From Dictyostelium discoideum (Eukaryota), in contig CM000153.2 in assembly GCA_000004695.1 (NCBI GenBank), forward strand, positions 4,832,001 through 4,896,000: a DNA stretch of 64,000 bases, written 5' to 3'. Of the stretch, positions 1 to 12,269 are shown one piece after another (position 1 is the first letter of the stretch; every line of letters begins with the position of its first letter). The position numbers and the translations under genes were made by a program. Under the pieces are notes generated by a model that saw only the letters and a program-made list of their open reading frames with translations, was not told the DNA's origin and ran no database searches.

Positions 1-72
1 AACAACAACAATTAAACTATATCTAAATCTAACAAATTGTGTTAAAAATTTAATTTCTTCACCACGTTTTGC

Positions 73-151
<79 letters not shown>

Positions 152-1029
152 TTGAATTAATAGAAATTTCTTTTTTTTTTTTTTTGTGAATAAATAAAAT
201 TTAAAAATTTAAAAAAAAAAACTTACACATCATTTTTTGAGAGAAATAATCTTCCCATGCATATAATTTAATAGTTTTAATTGCTTGAAACATTTCATTA
301 ACAACTTTAATACGTTGATCAGTGAAACCAACTAATTTTCTTCTATAGATTGATAATTGTGAACCTCTATTTAAACTGTATGGTAATGATATACCCATAA
401 CTAATAATGCTACAAATGATGGCCATCCAACACAATCATATAATAATATCATTGAAACTATAATCATAGGTACTGCAAATATTAAAGTATTAACCATTTG
501 AAATAACTCTAATAATCTTTGTGCATCGTTACTCATTAAATTTACAATTTCACCATTACTTTTTTTTGATCTACTTGAATTTGTTAATTTTAATGATTTT
601 TTATAAACATATAATACAATTAATGATTTTAACTTTTTATTATTATTATTATTATAATTATTATAAAGAAATTTTTATTATTATTATTATTAGTATTATA
701 TATAAACAATGAAAATGAATAATATATCTATGTATTAATATACATACTCTATTACCAGTTCTTGAAGTTATCATATTAGATTGATAAAGGAATATCGAAC
801 CTAACATTGAATTTACAAATAAAATTAACGCATAATAATAACCTAAATTTGGATCAACTGATCCAGGATTCTCTCTATATTGAATTACGAATGAAACAAT
901 TTTCTTTAAAAATATTGGTCCAATAAATTGACTAATTACATTTAATCCAAAATGAACCCAACTTAATGCAAAATGTTTTCCAAATGATTTAAATGCTGCT
1001 TTCATAAAATTTGGTCTTTTGAAAAAATA

Positions 1030-1074
<45 letters not shown>

Positions 1075-1706
1075 TAATAATAAAAATAAAAATAAAATAT
1101 TAATAATTATTTCTAAAATAAAAAAAATAAAAAATAAAAAATAAAACAAACAAACATAAATTACTTTTTACTATTTTTTAATTCATTTTGCCAATTTTTA
1201 TCCATTATATCAAATAGGTAACTTGATTTATCATAACTTGCTAATTCCCAAATTTCATCCAATTGTAAAATATTTTTGAAACAATATAAAACGAATTTAT
1301 CTGCCCATAAATATGTCATACTCGATAAGAAATTTGCATTCTCTTCTAATGATTTTAATCCTCCAAATCCTTTTTTGGGAAGTGGTAAATCTTTAAACTC
1401 ATTATCATGTCCATATGTAAATGATGATGTTTCATTCTCACCATTTTCTACCTTTTTATCATTTATATCTTCTTCTTCATTTAATATTACATATTTTTTA
1501 TTGTTCTTTTTTTTACTACCTTTATTATTTTCATAATCTAGACTATCATTATTATTATTAATATTATTATTATTATTAATATCATTATTATTATTACCTT
1601 CTAAGTTTATTTCCTCCAATTCAATTAAACTATCTCCTTCACTTTCATTGTTATTGTTGTTATTGTGGATGTCACTATCATCATTCTCCAAATTGTTATA
1701 TTTCAT
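1..1706 (-). CDS. ABC transporter, ABCC/MRP subfamily, N-terminal part (partial gene). ATG is at ~1706. Exons lie at roughly 1706..1165, 1019..748, 536..211 and 66..1, and the gene continues beyond the window start.
   Basis: Minus-strand ORFs 1161..1706, 661..1149 and 201..536 chain together through GTAAAT/GTATGT/GTAAGT donors and (T)nAG acceptors. The N-terminus carries the ABCC-type motif 'LEENANFLSSMTYLWADKFV'. The transmembrane segment carries 'IKTIKLYAWE', the conserved ABCC TMD1 motif 'KLYAWE'. The rc of 1..66 continues the frame ('AKRGEEIKFLTQFVRFRYSLIVVV'). Confidence 0.6.
71..150. repeat. (AAT)n microsatellite, ~27 units, inside an intron of the ABCC gene
   Basis: Perfect aat-aat… run visible directly in the sequence. 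Confidence 0.95.
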
Positions 1707-1737
1707 TTTATTAGATTTTATTTTATTTTATTTTATT

Positions 1738-1930
1738 TTATAATATTATATGTTATATATTATATTATATTATATTATATTATATTATATTATATTATAA
1801 TATATTATATTATATTATTATATGCTATATAGCATATATGTTTTATAATATTATATGTTATATGTTATATTTTATTTTTATTTTATTTTATTTTTATTTT
1901 ATTTTATTTTATTTTATTTTATTTTTTTTT
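1738..1930. repeat. Compound simple repeats: (TATTA)n at 1738..1800 and (TTTTA)n at ~1866..1930, in the ABCC 5' flank
   Basis: Direct pentanucleotide repeats 'ttatattatattatat…' and 'ttttattttattttat…'. Confidence 0.9.
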
Positions 1931-2025
1931 ATTTATTTTTTTATTTATTTTTTTTTTTTATTTCTTTATTTATTTTATTTTATTTGTTTAAAATTAATTC
2001 TTTTTTTTTTATTTTTATTTTTTTT

Positions 2026-2095
2026 GTGTGTGCCTCACACAATGACTTTTTGTATGTCGATTGATGTGAATGATTTGACATGTGTCATGAAAATG
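2026..2095. promoter_or_regulatory. GT/CA-rich palindromic island (G-box-like) in the ABCC 5' flank, ~330 bp upstream of its ATG
   Basis: 'ttgtgtgtgcctcacacaa' forms a 7-bp-stem hairpin (ttgtgtg / cacacaa). 'tgacatgtgtca' is a second inverted repeat. Both sit in an otherwise >85% AT background. Confidence 0.3.
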
Positions 2096-2469
2096 AATAA
2101 AAAATTTTAAAAAAAAATCTTTTTTTTAAAAAAAAATATAAAAAAAAAAAAAAAAGTTTATTTTTGCACAATTAATTTCTATGGAAAATTCAAAATTTTC
2201 GACATGTTACTAAATTTGATTGTGGTTACACAAAAAAATTATATTGATGCATCAATCAAAATAATGATAATAAAAAAAAAAAAAAAATTTAAAAAAAAAA
2301 AAAGTTAAAAAAACAGTGTTGAGTAAAAAAAAAAAAAAAAAATGAAAAAATTAAAATAAAAACCAAATATTAATCAATTAAAAAGCAATGTAATAATCTT
2401 TGTTCACAGATTTTTTAAATAATTCAAAATTATTTTTTTTTTTTTTTTTTTTTATACTTAACACTGTTT

Positions 2470-2680
2470 TTCTATTAAACTGCCAGTTTTCTTTTTTATA
2501 AAAAGAAATTCACTGAAGCTCCATTAAAAAGAAATCAATTGGCATAGCTTCAGAGTTGGCCAAAATTAAAAAAACTAAATAACAAACTAATAAATAATTA
2601 ATAAATTATTTAAAAAAATTTTTAAATAAAAATTATTCACTAAAATCAAATTTATTTTAAAAAATTGTAATAAATACATG
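2470..2680 (+). pseudogene. Orphan remnant of a paralogous 3'-terminal exon plus 3'UTR of the EGF/TIG surface-protein gene
   Basis: 2470..2560 ('ctgccagttttcttttttataaaaagaaattcactgaagctccattaaaaagaaatcaattggcatag') aligns to 8445..8527 ('gctgctagttttattatttacaaaaagaaatacattgaaaatccattaaaaaagaaattaagcagagcttca…taa'). 2631..2670 ('aaaattattcactaaaatcaaatttattttaa') aligns to 8611..8650 ('aaaattattcactaacaacaaatttattttaa'). The remnant translates to '…KKKFTEAPLKRNQLA*', against '…KKKYIENPLKKKLSRASQN*' in the intact gene. Confidence 0.45.
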
Positions 2681-2847
2681 TAAATTTTTTTTTTTTTTTT
2701 ATTTCCAAAAAATAAAAAATAAATAAAAATTAGAAAAAAAAAATAAAAAAAATAAAATAAAAATAACCGAAAATGTTACTAAAAAATTTATTAAAAATTA
2801 ATTCTGATGGAGAAAAACTTCAAAATAGAATAAATAAACGTAAAGAG

Positions 2848-2888
<41 letters not shown>

Positions 2889-3532
2889 GTTCATTGAAAA
2901 AAAATAGATATTGATAATTTAAAATTACCAAGCACTAAATAATCAAAATAAAAAAAAATAAAAAAAAATAGGAATGGTGACAAAATAAATAAATAAAAAT
3001 GCAAAAATAATATTAAATTAAAATTAAAATAAAAAAAAAAAACAAAACAACGAAAAAAAAAAAAAACCATCAAAATTAGTCCACTTCGGTTGGAATTAGA
3101 ATAATTGATTTTTTTTTTTTTTTTTGCATATTATCTAAAAAAAATCTAATGGAAAAAAAAAACTTTTGGAACCTTTTCCCACCTATTTTTTAATCTAACG
3201 CAAATTTTTTGCTTTGTTCCGTGTTTAGGTTGATTTTTTTTTTTTTTTTAGTTAACTTTTTTTTTTTTAATATTATATTGCCACCTTGTGGCCAATTGAT
3301 CTAAAACAATCAAAAAAAAAAAAAAAGGTAGAAAGTAAAAAAATGTTTTTTAAATAAAAAAAAAAAAAAAAAAAAAAATTAAAAAATAAAAAAAAAAAAA
3401 AACAAACCAAAACAAAATAAAACAAAACAAAACAAAACAAAACAAGCAAAAAATCAAATAAATAAATTTTCATTTTAATTATTTTATTTTTATTTTAAAA
3501 AATATAAAATAAAATAAAATAAAATAAAAAAA

Positions 3533-6500
3533 ATGAAAAACCAAATAATATTTTATTTTTTGATTTTATTATTTTCAACATTTTATATTTCATTTTCTAA
3601 TTCCCAAACCTTACAAGAATATAATTGTTTAGCCAATATTTTTGCCAAATTTAATTTATCAAATGCTTACCCAAAAAATGCAACTGGTGGACATACAAAT
3701 ATTTGTTCAAGTCCTGGTATTACATGTTCTAGTGGCACTGTTTTGTAAGTTTTATAAAACAAATTTTAAATTATTAATAAAATTGATATTAACAAATTTT
3801 GAATTATTATTTTTTTATTTTTTTTATTTTTATTTTTTTTTTAAATTATAGGGGAATAGAAATTACAGCTAATTTAGAATATCCACCTCCAAATGCGGTT
3901 CTTACACCAAACGATGTATTTTGTTTACCAAATTTATATTCTCTTAAATTTGAAAAAATGAAAGTCAACACAGATTTTATTTTTACAAAGTTTGGCAATG
4001 CAAAGTCATTCACTTTGTACCAAGTGCCTAGAGGTGGAATTGATATTAATATAATTGATAGACCTTTCCCTTCATACGATAACTAGTAATTATTATTATT
4101 AAAAAAAAAAAAACAAAAAAAAAAAACAAAACAATTTTATAGCAAAACTAATATTTTTATTATAAAAAAAAAAAAAAAAAAATTTACAGTTTCATAGCAA
4201 TTGAAGAATTTAATAATACAATTTTATATTCTTCATATTTAAATAATATTAAAAATTTTTATTTTCAATTATCTTTTGTTAGATTTATTATTAACGAAGG
4301 AACCAATTTTACAAATCTTAGTTTACTTTCTTTATGGTCTCTAAATATCCCAGATTTATCATCATACAAATCACTCAATTCAGTAGTTTTAACTTTAAGA
4401 GGAGATTATGATACATCATCAGTAAGCAATTATGCTAACATTAAATCATCAAAAATCCAAATTACATCCCTAGGAGGTCCAGCAGTCCCAAGTATTATTG
4501 AAACTAATCGTATGGTAAGTTCTGTTTCAATTTACTCCCTAAAATTTACTAAACCATCTGGTATAATTGATATGTCAACAGGTTATAATCTAAGAGATCT
4601 TATATTGAATGGTGTTGGTACAGATTTTAATGTGAATGGAGAATTTCCAATTATGTTTTCAAGTACTGTTCTTTCTGTAACAGTTAATGGTGGTCCATGG
4701 AAAACTGTCCCAGCCTTTGCTAATGTTTCAAATGGAGCAATCGCAGTTAGATCTTCAGGTTTAACAGATTTACCAGTTTTTTATACTGGAAATGCAACCA
4801 TTTTAGATTTTTCTAGTAACGCTTTGACAGGCACAATAGATAGATCTTATTGTGACTCTGAATTGATTGTTTCAAATAATAAATTAACAGGAACCATCCC
4901 AACATGTTACACTTGTTATTTTGGGTTTCCAATTACTACATCATACGGATCATGGTCAAAAACAGCATTTTACAATAGATTTAGTGGTAACACATTCACA
5001 AACTATGTATCAAATCCAGGTTGTACAACATTTGCTCCTCAAGTGAGAGCAAATGATAATTTATCAGGTTTCATTATTTCTGGTAATGATATTGGGTGGG
5101 AAGGTACACCTTATAAAATTAATGGTAGTTATTCATGTCCAAACGCTCTTGGTAGAGAAAAAAGAGCGTTTAATTGTGTTATAGCAAACAATATCATAAG
5201 AGGTGTTAGATATGCCAGTATTTTAAACACATGGCATAATACAAATTATACTTTCTCAATTATTAGTAGTCCACCAGATGCAACCTCAGTTTCAATTTCA
5301 ACCAATACTCTTACCATCGATGGTACTTACTTTTCATCTTATCTTGGTCAATCAATTCAAACTGTTAAAGTTGCCACTGTTGGTTGTACCATTAGTTCAA
5401 CCGATTTCTTTAAAATCGTTTGTACCACTGCTTCTTCGATTCCATCTTCTGCCTCGGCTAGTCAATTACTCACAATCGCAACCGCAAATGAAACTAAAAA
5501 ATTCTATATTCAAACTTCAAATGGCTACAAAAATACAAAAGTTTGTCCAAACGATTGTTCCACTAATTCAAGAGGTATTTGTGATTTAAGTACTGGTGCT
5601 TGTGTTTGTAACCAAGGTTTTAGGGGTAGTGATTGTAGTGAAATTCCATGTCCAACCTTTAATTCATTAGAATGTAATGGTAGTCCAAACGTTTGTAATA
5701 CTACAACTGGTGTTTGTCAATGCTCTGGAAGAAACTTTGGTTCTGCCTGTGGTTCTATCCAATGTGTTGTTCCAAGTTGCTCAAATTTCGGTACCTGTGA
5801 CACAACAATTGGTGTTTGTAAATGTGATTCATCTCATCAAGGTGGCGATTGTTCATTACCATTAATCCAATGTCCAACTTTTAATTCACTAGCATGTAAT
5901 GGTGGTTTAAATCAATGTAATAATCAAACTGGTATTTGCTCATGTGATTCATCTCATCAAGGTAAAGATTGTTCATTACCACTAATCCAATGTCCAACTT
6001 TTAATTCATTATCATGTAATGGTGGTTCTAACCAATGTAATAATCAAACTGGTATTTGCTCATGTGATTCATCTCATCAAGGTATTGATTGTTCATTACC
6101 ATTAATCAAATGTCCAACTTTTAATTCATTATCATGTAATGGTGGCTCAAATCAATGTAATAATCAAACTGGTACTTGCTCATGTGATTCATCTCATCAA
6201 GGTATTGATTGTTCATTACCATTAATCCAATGTCCAACTTTTAATTCATTAGCATGTAATGGTGGTTTAAATCAATGTAATAATCAAACTGGTACTTGTT
6301 CATGTGATTCATCTCATCAAGGTAAAGATTGTTCATTACCATTAATCCAATGTCCAACTTTTAATTCATTAGCATGTAATGGTGGTTCAAACTCTTGTAA
6401 TAATCAAACTGGTACTTGCTCATGTGATTCATCTCATCAAGGTATTGATTGTTCATTACCATTAATCCAATGTCCAGCTGTCAATTCTTTACCATGCAAT

Positions 6501-8527
6501 GGTGGTTCAAACTCTTGTAATAATCAAACTGGTACTTGCTCATGTGATTCATCCCTTCAAGGTGGTGATTGTTCATTACCATTAATCCAATGTCCAACTT
6601 TTAATTCATTATCATGTAATGGTGGTTCAAATCAATGTAATAATCAAACTGGTATTTGCTCATGTGACTCATCCCATCAAGGTAGCGATTGTTCATTACC
6701 ATTAATCGAATGTCCAAATGTTAATTCTTTACCATGTAATGGTGGTTCAAACTCTTGTAATAATCAAACTGGTAGTTGCTCTTGTGATTCATCTCACCAA
6801 GGTATTGATTGTTCATTACCATTAATCCAATGTCCAACTTTTAATTCATTACCATGTAATGGTGGTTCAAACTCTTGTGATGATCAAACTGGTACTTGTT
6901 CATGTGATTCATCCCATCAAGGTAACGATTGTTCATTACCATTAATCCAATGTCCAACTGTCAATTCATTATCATGTAATGGTGGTTCCAATCAATGTAA
7001 TAATCAAACTGGTACTTGCTCATGTGATTCATCCCATCAAGGTGGTGATTGTTCATTACCATTAATTGAATGTTTAAATGATTGCAGTGGAAATGGTATT
7101 TGTGATACATACAAAGGAAAATGTCAATGCACTCCAGGTAAATTTATTGGTGAAGATTGTTCAATCATTTATCATTATGTTACATCAGTTAAACCATCAA
7201 CAACCAAAGGTGGATTAGCTTCATTTTATGGTGTTTTTGGTAATGTTCATGATTCATTAACTATTAAAATTGGTGGATTGGATTGTAAAATTGAAATTGA
7301 CCAAGTTTCAGATAATCAAATCGATTGTATTGCACCAGCTGGAACAGGTATTAAATCAATCAATGTAACACAAAATGGAGTAACTTATTTCAAAAATAAC
7401 TATTACCAATATCAATCAATTGAAACAGTTTTACAATGTCCAAAAGATTGTTCAGGAGCAAACAATGGTATTTGTAATACTACAACAGGTCAATGTACAT
7501 GTATTAATGGTTATGGTTCACACGATTGTAGCGAACTTTCAAATAACAACAATAATAATAGTAACGGAGGTGGTAGTGATAGTGATTCAGAACTTCCACC
7601 AACAGTTATCGTTGTTGATCCAGGAAAGACAAATATTACAAATGGAGAAACCAACTTTTTAATTTACATTAAATCAATTTCAGAAATTGATTATGAAGGA
7701 AATATTTTAAAAACTTTCCCACTTAATAATGTTTGGGAAAAAGTTAATTCAACAGATTCAAATACCTATATTTACAAACAAAAATTGGAAAACACAAATT
7801 GTATTGTTGAATCAAAGATTGAAGAAATTACAAATAAAGATGGAAAATTATTTTCATTCGCAGATGTTGATTTTAAAGTTGAAAGTGGTTCAGTTAAATT
7901 CTCAATTTCAGTTAGTAATTATACATATATTAGTAATTTAAATAATCTTCAAATTGAATTAATTTCGGAAACATCACAATTAGCTCAAGATGATAATAAT
8001 TGTAATGAAGTTGATACATCATTAGATACATCAAATTTTAATAGTGAATCAAATTTGAACTATATTAAAATTTCAAAGAATAATAAAGTACTCTCTGGTA
8101 GATTCATTAATAAAGTAGTTTCAGATGGTAAAGTTACTTTCCTCGACTCAATAGCAACAAAATCAACATCAGATTCAATTTCAATTACATTAAATTTACC
8201 ACATTGTACATCTCAATGTTTAGTTGATCCAGGTATGTTTTTTTTTTTTTTTTTTAAATTTCTAAACTAAAACCAAAGTAAAATACTAATTTTTTTATTT
8301 TTATTTTTTATTTTTATTAAAAAATAGATTTTTCTGTTTTACTTTCATCAGATTTCAAATCAAAATGTGGTGAAAAAGATGATAAGAAATCATATGTTAT
8401 TCCAGTAGCAGTTGTCTCATCAGTTGTTGGTGTAGCTTCAATTGGTGCTGCTAGTTTTATTATTTACAAAAAGAAATACATTGAAAATCCATTAAAAAAG
8501 AAATTAAGCAGAGCTTCACAAAATTAA
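3533..8527 (+). CDS. Type-I cell-surface protein of ~1562 aa. Modules: signal peptide, plant-type LRR-like N-terminal region ('LTGTID/LTGTIP'), 11 tandem 40-aa EGF-like Cys repeats, an IPT/TIG domain, further EGF-like modules, a C-terminal transmembrane helix and a short cytoplasmic tail. Exons 3533..3744, 3852..4085, 4190..8232, 8328..8527.
   Basis: Exon 1 encodes 'MKNQIIFYFLILLFSTFYISFSNSQ' (signal peptide) and ends at GTAAGT (3745). Exon 2 follows 'tatag' (3851) and ends at GTAATT (4086). Exon 3 follows 'tttacag' (4189) and contains the long ORF with repeated 'CDSSHQGxDCSLPLIQCPTFNSLxCNGGxNQCNNQTGxCS' and the TIG-like segment 'IKIGGLDCKIEIDQVSDNQIDCIAPAGTGIKSINVTQNG'. It ends at GTATGT (8233). 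Exon 4 (after 'aaaatag', 8327) encodes 'VIPVAVVSSVVGVASIGAASFIIYKKKYIENPLKKKLSRASQN*'. Total 4689 nt = 1563 codons, frame-consistent. Confidence 0.7.
5823..7075 (+). repeat. Coding minisatellite: ~10.5 tandem copies of a 120-bp unit (one 40-aa EGF-like module each) with very high nucleotide identity
   Basis: 'tgtgattcatctcatcaagg' recurs at 5823, 5943, 6063, 6183, 6303, 6423, 6543, 6663, 6783, 6903 and 7023, an exact 120-bp period. Units differ by only a few substitutions (e.g. K/I/G/S/N at one residue). Confidence 0.9.
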
Positions 8528-8733
8528 AACCTTAATAATAATAATAATAATAATAATAATATATAAACAAATAAAAAATTTATAAAATTATTTAATAATT
8601 TTATAAAAAAAATTATTCACTAACAACAAATTTATTTTAATATATTAATAATAATAATAATAATATTTTAATAAATTTTAAAAATTGTATTTTTAAAAAA
8701 AAAAATAATAAAATATATTTATATATTTATTTA

Positions 8734-9072
8734 TTAATTCTCTTGGTGATAATTTATATAATTTAAACAATTTAATACTGTTTTAATTTTATCCATATCT
8801 TCAACTGGTACTTGAATATCAAACTCTTTCTCTATTTTAGCATATAATTCAAATAGTTTCCCATATGGTCTTGTTTCTGCAGTATTGGTAATTAATGTTG
8901 AAAGTTCGATTTTCTCTATTTTTGTACCTAAATATTTTGCTATAATCTTTTTTAATTTTTCTTCATTTTTACTTTTATCCTTTAATAGAAAAAAAAAAAA
9001 AAATTATTAATAATTAAATATATATCAATTATATTATATATAATAAACAATAATAATTACAATTTTGCCCAT
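8734..9072 (-). CDS. Small (83-aa) protein resembling the acyl-carrier-protein helical bundle but lacking the DSL phosphopantetheine-attachment serine. Exons 9072..9061 (MGKI) and 8979..8734.
   Basis: The rc gives 'ATGGGCAAAATT|GTAATT…(T)12ctattaaag|GATAAAAGT…'. Product: 'MGKIDKSKNEEKLKKIIAKYLGTKIEKIELSTLITNTAETRPYGKLFELYAKIEKEFDIQVPVEDMDKIKTVLNCLNYINYHQEN*'. The pattern I.A..LG…E.EF.I..P.E…KI.TV…YI mirrors the ACP consensus, but 'NTAETRP' replaces 'DLGADSLD'. Confidence 0.35.
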
Positions 9073-9264
9073 AGTTTTATATATAAAATATTTTTTTGAC
9101 TTTATTTTAAAAATAAACTAAAAAATAAAAATATTGTGTGTGTGGTTTGTTTTTTTTTTTTTTTTTTTTTTTAAATTATTTGTTTTTATTTTATATTTTT
9201 ATTTTTAATCATGTGATGAAAAATAAATAATTTTTATTTATAATTAATATTTTTTATAATTTAA

Positions 9265-11802
9265 AATTTAATTTAAAGATTCTTCAACAAAATCATCATT
9301 TTGTGGTGATTGTGTTGAAGTTTGAACTGGTGAATCAATTTGTTGTGGTTGTTGTGATGAATCTTGTTGTTGTTGTTGTTGTTCTTCATTCTTTGGTTGT
9401 TGTTGTTGTTGTTGTTGTTGTTGTAAATTTATAGATTGTGGTGGTTGTTGTTGTTGTGGTGGTTTAGTTGAAGTTATTGATTTTGGAGAATTCATAGTAT
9501 TTGAAATTGCAGCTTCATTTCTTTTTCTAGTAACAGCTTTATTAATAGCATCTTTCATTTTTCTTAAATTATTATTAATAATTTGAGATTGAATATCAGA
9601 AGCCAATTGAGTAACTCTTTGTTGAACTGTTGTAGTGGTATCGACTAAACGAAGACGTTCTTTTATCATTTGCATTGATGGTGAATTCTCTGGTTGTTTT
9701 AAGAAATCAGCAATATCTAAAACCAACATTGGCATATGTTGAATTGATTGATTACGTTTGAAACCAATTGAGAAATATTCTAAACCTACTGTAGTTGTTA
9801 AATTTTCATCCCAATATAAAGTTTTAATAGTTTTATTTACTTGAATTACACGACCTAAAGTAATGGCTAAATCATCACCAGCATGATGACCAGAGATATC
9901 GATTTCAGTGATTGTATCATTTTTTAAGAGAGCATGAGCCAATGGTATAATGTCACCCTTTACACGACCATTATTTTGACCAGCAAAATGTAAAGTTTCC
10001 AATGGACATAAACTAAAAGATGATGGTGAAATTAATTTAACCAATGATTTAACTGCATTACCTAATGAACCACTACCAACACCACCACCACTACCACCAC
10101 TACCACCACTTGAATCACCTGTAAGTTTTGAAGTTACTTTTGAAATTGATAATTTATTCATAATATCGGTATTGATAGTGAAATTACGATTTATATAAAG
10201 ATGTTTTAATTTTGGTAGGGTAGTATGACAGAGTATATCTACCAATGTAACAATACCCTCTTCCTCTAATTCATTATCAGAAAGATTCAAACGAATTAAG
10301 TTGATAACTGATGAAAGAATTGTATAGATTGAATTTGGTGATGGACAAGTTGATGATAAATCTATATCTGCAAGATTTGGACAAATCATTGAAAGGAACA
10401 ATGAAAGATCATTAGCATTTTGTTCGAGTTGTTGTTTATTTGATGCATTGAAATTCAATTTATTAGCAGATAAATCAAGTTTTGAAATGATTCTAGTCTC
10501 TTTTGATTTTTGAATGGTTGGTGGTGGTTTAATAGCTGACCAAGTTGGTTGACAATTAGACATTTCAAATTGACGCAATGCAGTTGCCTCTGATAAAAAC
10601 AATACCATATCAGAGGCAGCATCCTCCATACGATTACCAGAGACTGAAAGGAATTTCAAGTTCTTTGAAATCCATTTATTTTGTCTAAAAGCTCTGAAAA
10701 GGTTGGAAAGACCTTGCTTACCGATATTACATTTCGATAGATTGATGGAATGAATCTCATGAGAGATCGTAGATAACCAATCGTTACAAAGGAATTGCAC
10801 ACCACGATCTTCGATTGAATTATTTGATAAATCAACTTGAGTTAAATAGTTATTGAATGCCAATGACATCCAAGTCTCTGGTGTTATCCAAGATTCTCTT
10901 GCATTGATATTAGAAAGTTGTAATCTCGATATCTTTCTATTGGTTTCCAATACCCTATTGACTGAATGCACGCCATCATTACCAATCTTACATTGAGTCG
11001 ATGGTGTTGAGTTTGCCACAGTCACCGATTCAAACCATTGATTATACTTTAATGCATCAATCATTGCTCTACCTTGTTGAGGTGTTGGTGATTCTGGCCA
11101 ATCACTTAAATTTAAATCTTTAATATTATTAGACTCAAATAAATTATCAACTTCCCAACAAATATCCTCTCTAACTTGAATACCATAAAAATCTGAACAA
11201 CAACGATATGTTCTTGAAAATCCACCACATGCTCCAATATTTAAATTATTATTATTATTTGATGTTGTTGTTGTTGTCGTATTACCATTTTTACTCTCTT
11301 GCATACCAGGGAAATTTAATGAAAACATTTTCTTTATTGCAATTGATAATTCTTGAACTTTTTCAGAATTATTAAAGTTAATTGTAATTTGATTAAATTT
11401 TAAGGTTGCCTCTTGTTCTGAACTACCTTCAGTTGTTATTTGATAATCTAATAAATCTAATATATGTGCATCGAATAATGGTTTACTACTTGATGATGTT
11501 GAAAATACATGAAATCTAAATGATGAAACTATTAATATCTTTTGTTCTTCTTGTTGTTGTTTTGATGATGAAAAGAAATTCTTTTTTTTTAATTCTGTAT
11601 ATATTCCACTAAAATAAATTTGTTTTCCTCTTAAATATTGTTCAATATTTTCTTTTTAATTTTTTAATTTTTTTTTTTTTTTTATTATTTAATTAGTATT
11701 AAAATGAAGTTCAATTTTTGTTATTATTTTTATATTTTATATACTTTTTTCACTTGGACCAAAACTGGAGTCTGTTGGAAATATTAAACGATTTTCATCC
11801 AT
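9265..11802 (-). CDS. CARMIL homologue (capping protein / Arp2/3 / myosin-I linker family), ~814 aa. Architecture: N-terminal PH-like region, leucine-rich repeats, Q-rich C-terminus. Exons 11802..11745 and 11651..9265.
   Basis: 'GACGGFSRTYRCCSDFYGIQVREDICWEVDNLFESNNIKDLNLSDW…AMIDALKYNQWFESV' aligns with human CARMIL1 '[46 protein letters not shown]…IIAALEYNQWFTKL'. The upstream in-frame extension gives 'EEQKILIVSSFRFHVF…SIAIKKMFSLNFPGM', matching CARMIL 'ENKVLVLTSCRAFLV…CLRKIFPGL'. The first exon 'MDENRLIFPTDSSFGPSEK' ends at GTATAT. The acceptor is 'ttaaaaag'. LRR consensus 'LDLSxNxL' is repeated. Confidence 0.75.
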
Positions 11803-12156
11803 TTTTTTTTTTTTTTTTTTTTTTTGGTTTGTAATAAAACAATGATAAAAAATAAATAAAATAACAAAAAATAAAAAAAAAAAATAAAAAAATAAAAATC
11901 CCAAAAGGTGGTGAAAAAAAAAAAATAAAAAAAAAAAAAAAAAATAAAAAAATTTATTTGAAAAGAAATCAAAAAAAAAAAAAAAAACTGGTTCCCAAAA
12001 AATGTTATTTTTTATTTATTGTTTACATTTTTAAATAAATTTAATAAAAAAAAAAAAAACAAAATAAATAGAAAAAGATGTTTTTGCAAATTATAAAAAG
12101 ATATTATTATAAATAAAAAGAAAGTAAAAAGGTAAAATAAATTAATTATCATCAAA

Positions 12157-12240
12157 CCGGCTTTGGCGCAATGGTAGCGCGATTGACTGTAGTATTAATT
12201 AGTGATCAATCGGTTGCTAGTTCGAATCTGGCAAGCCGGA
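12157..12240 (+). tRNA. tRNA-Tyr (GUA) with a ~12-nt intron 3' of the anticodon
   Basis: Acceptor stem CCGGCTT/AAGCCGG. D-arm GCGC-AATGGTA-GCGC. Anticodon stem ATTGA/TCAAT flanks 'CTGTAG' plus the intron 'tattaattagtg'. Variable loop CGGTT. T-arm GCTAG-TTCGAAT-CTGGC. Discriminator A. Confidence 0.8.
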
Positions 12241-12269
12241 CTTTTAAAAAAGGATTACTTGAGATCACA

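Noticed and set aside
71-150. Regularly spaced short repeats that could be mistaken for a CRISPR array
   Set aside because: This is a pure (AAT)n microsatellite with no spacers, and the genomic context is eukaryotic. No CRISPR or cas features occur anywhere in the window.
1838-2110. ORFs encoding poly-F/Y/L/I peptides (1838..2110, 2891..3073, 3273..3473, 32414..32842, 33278..33541, 44683..44899, 45079..45273, 22386..22655, 47158..47424, etc.)
   Set aside because: These are translations of AT-rich simple sequence, or alternate frames of (AAT)n/(ATT)n inside real genes. They are compositional artefacts.
5278-7941. Alternative-frame ORFs (5278..5589, 5677..5865, 7420..7662, 7729..7941) inside the EGF/TIG gene, and 58862..62667 inside VPS13
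   Set aside because: They are overlapped by a much longer frame with clear domain homology, so they are off-frame noise.
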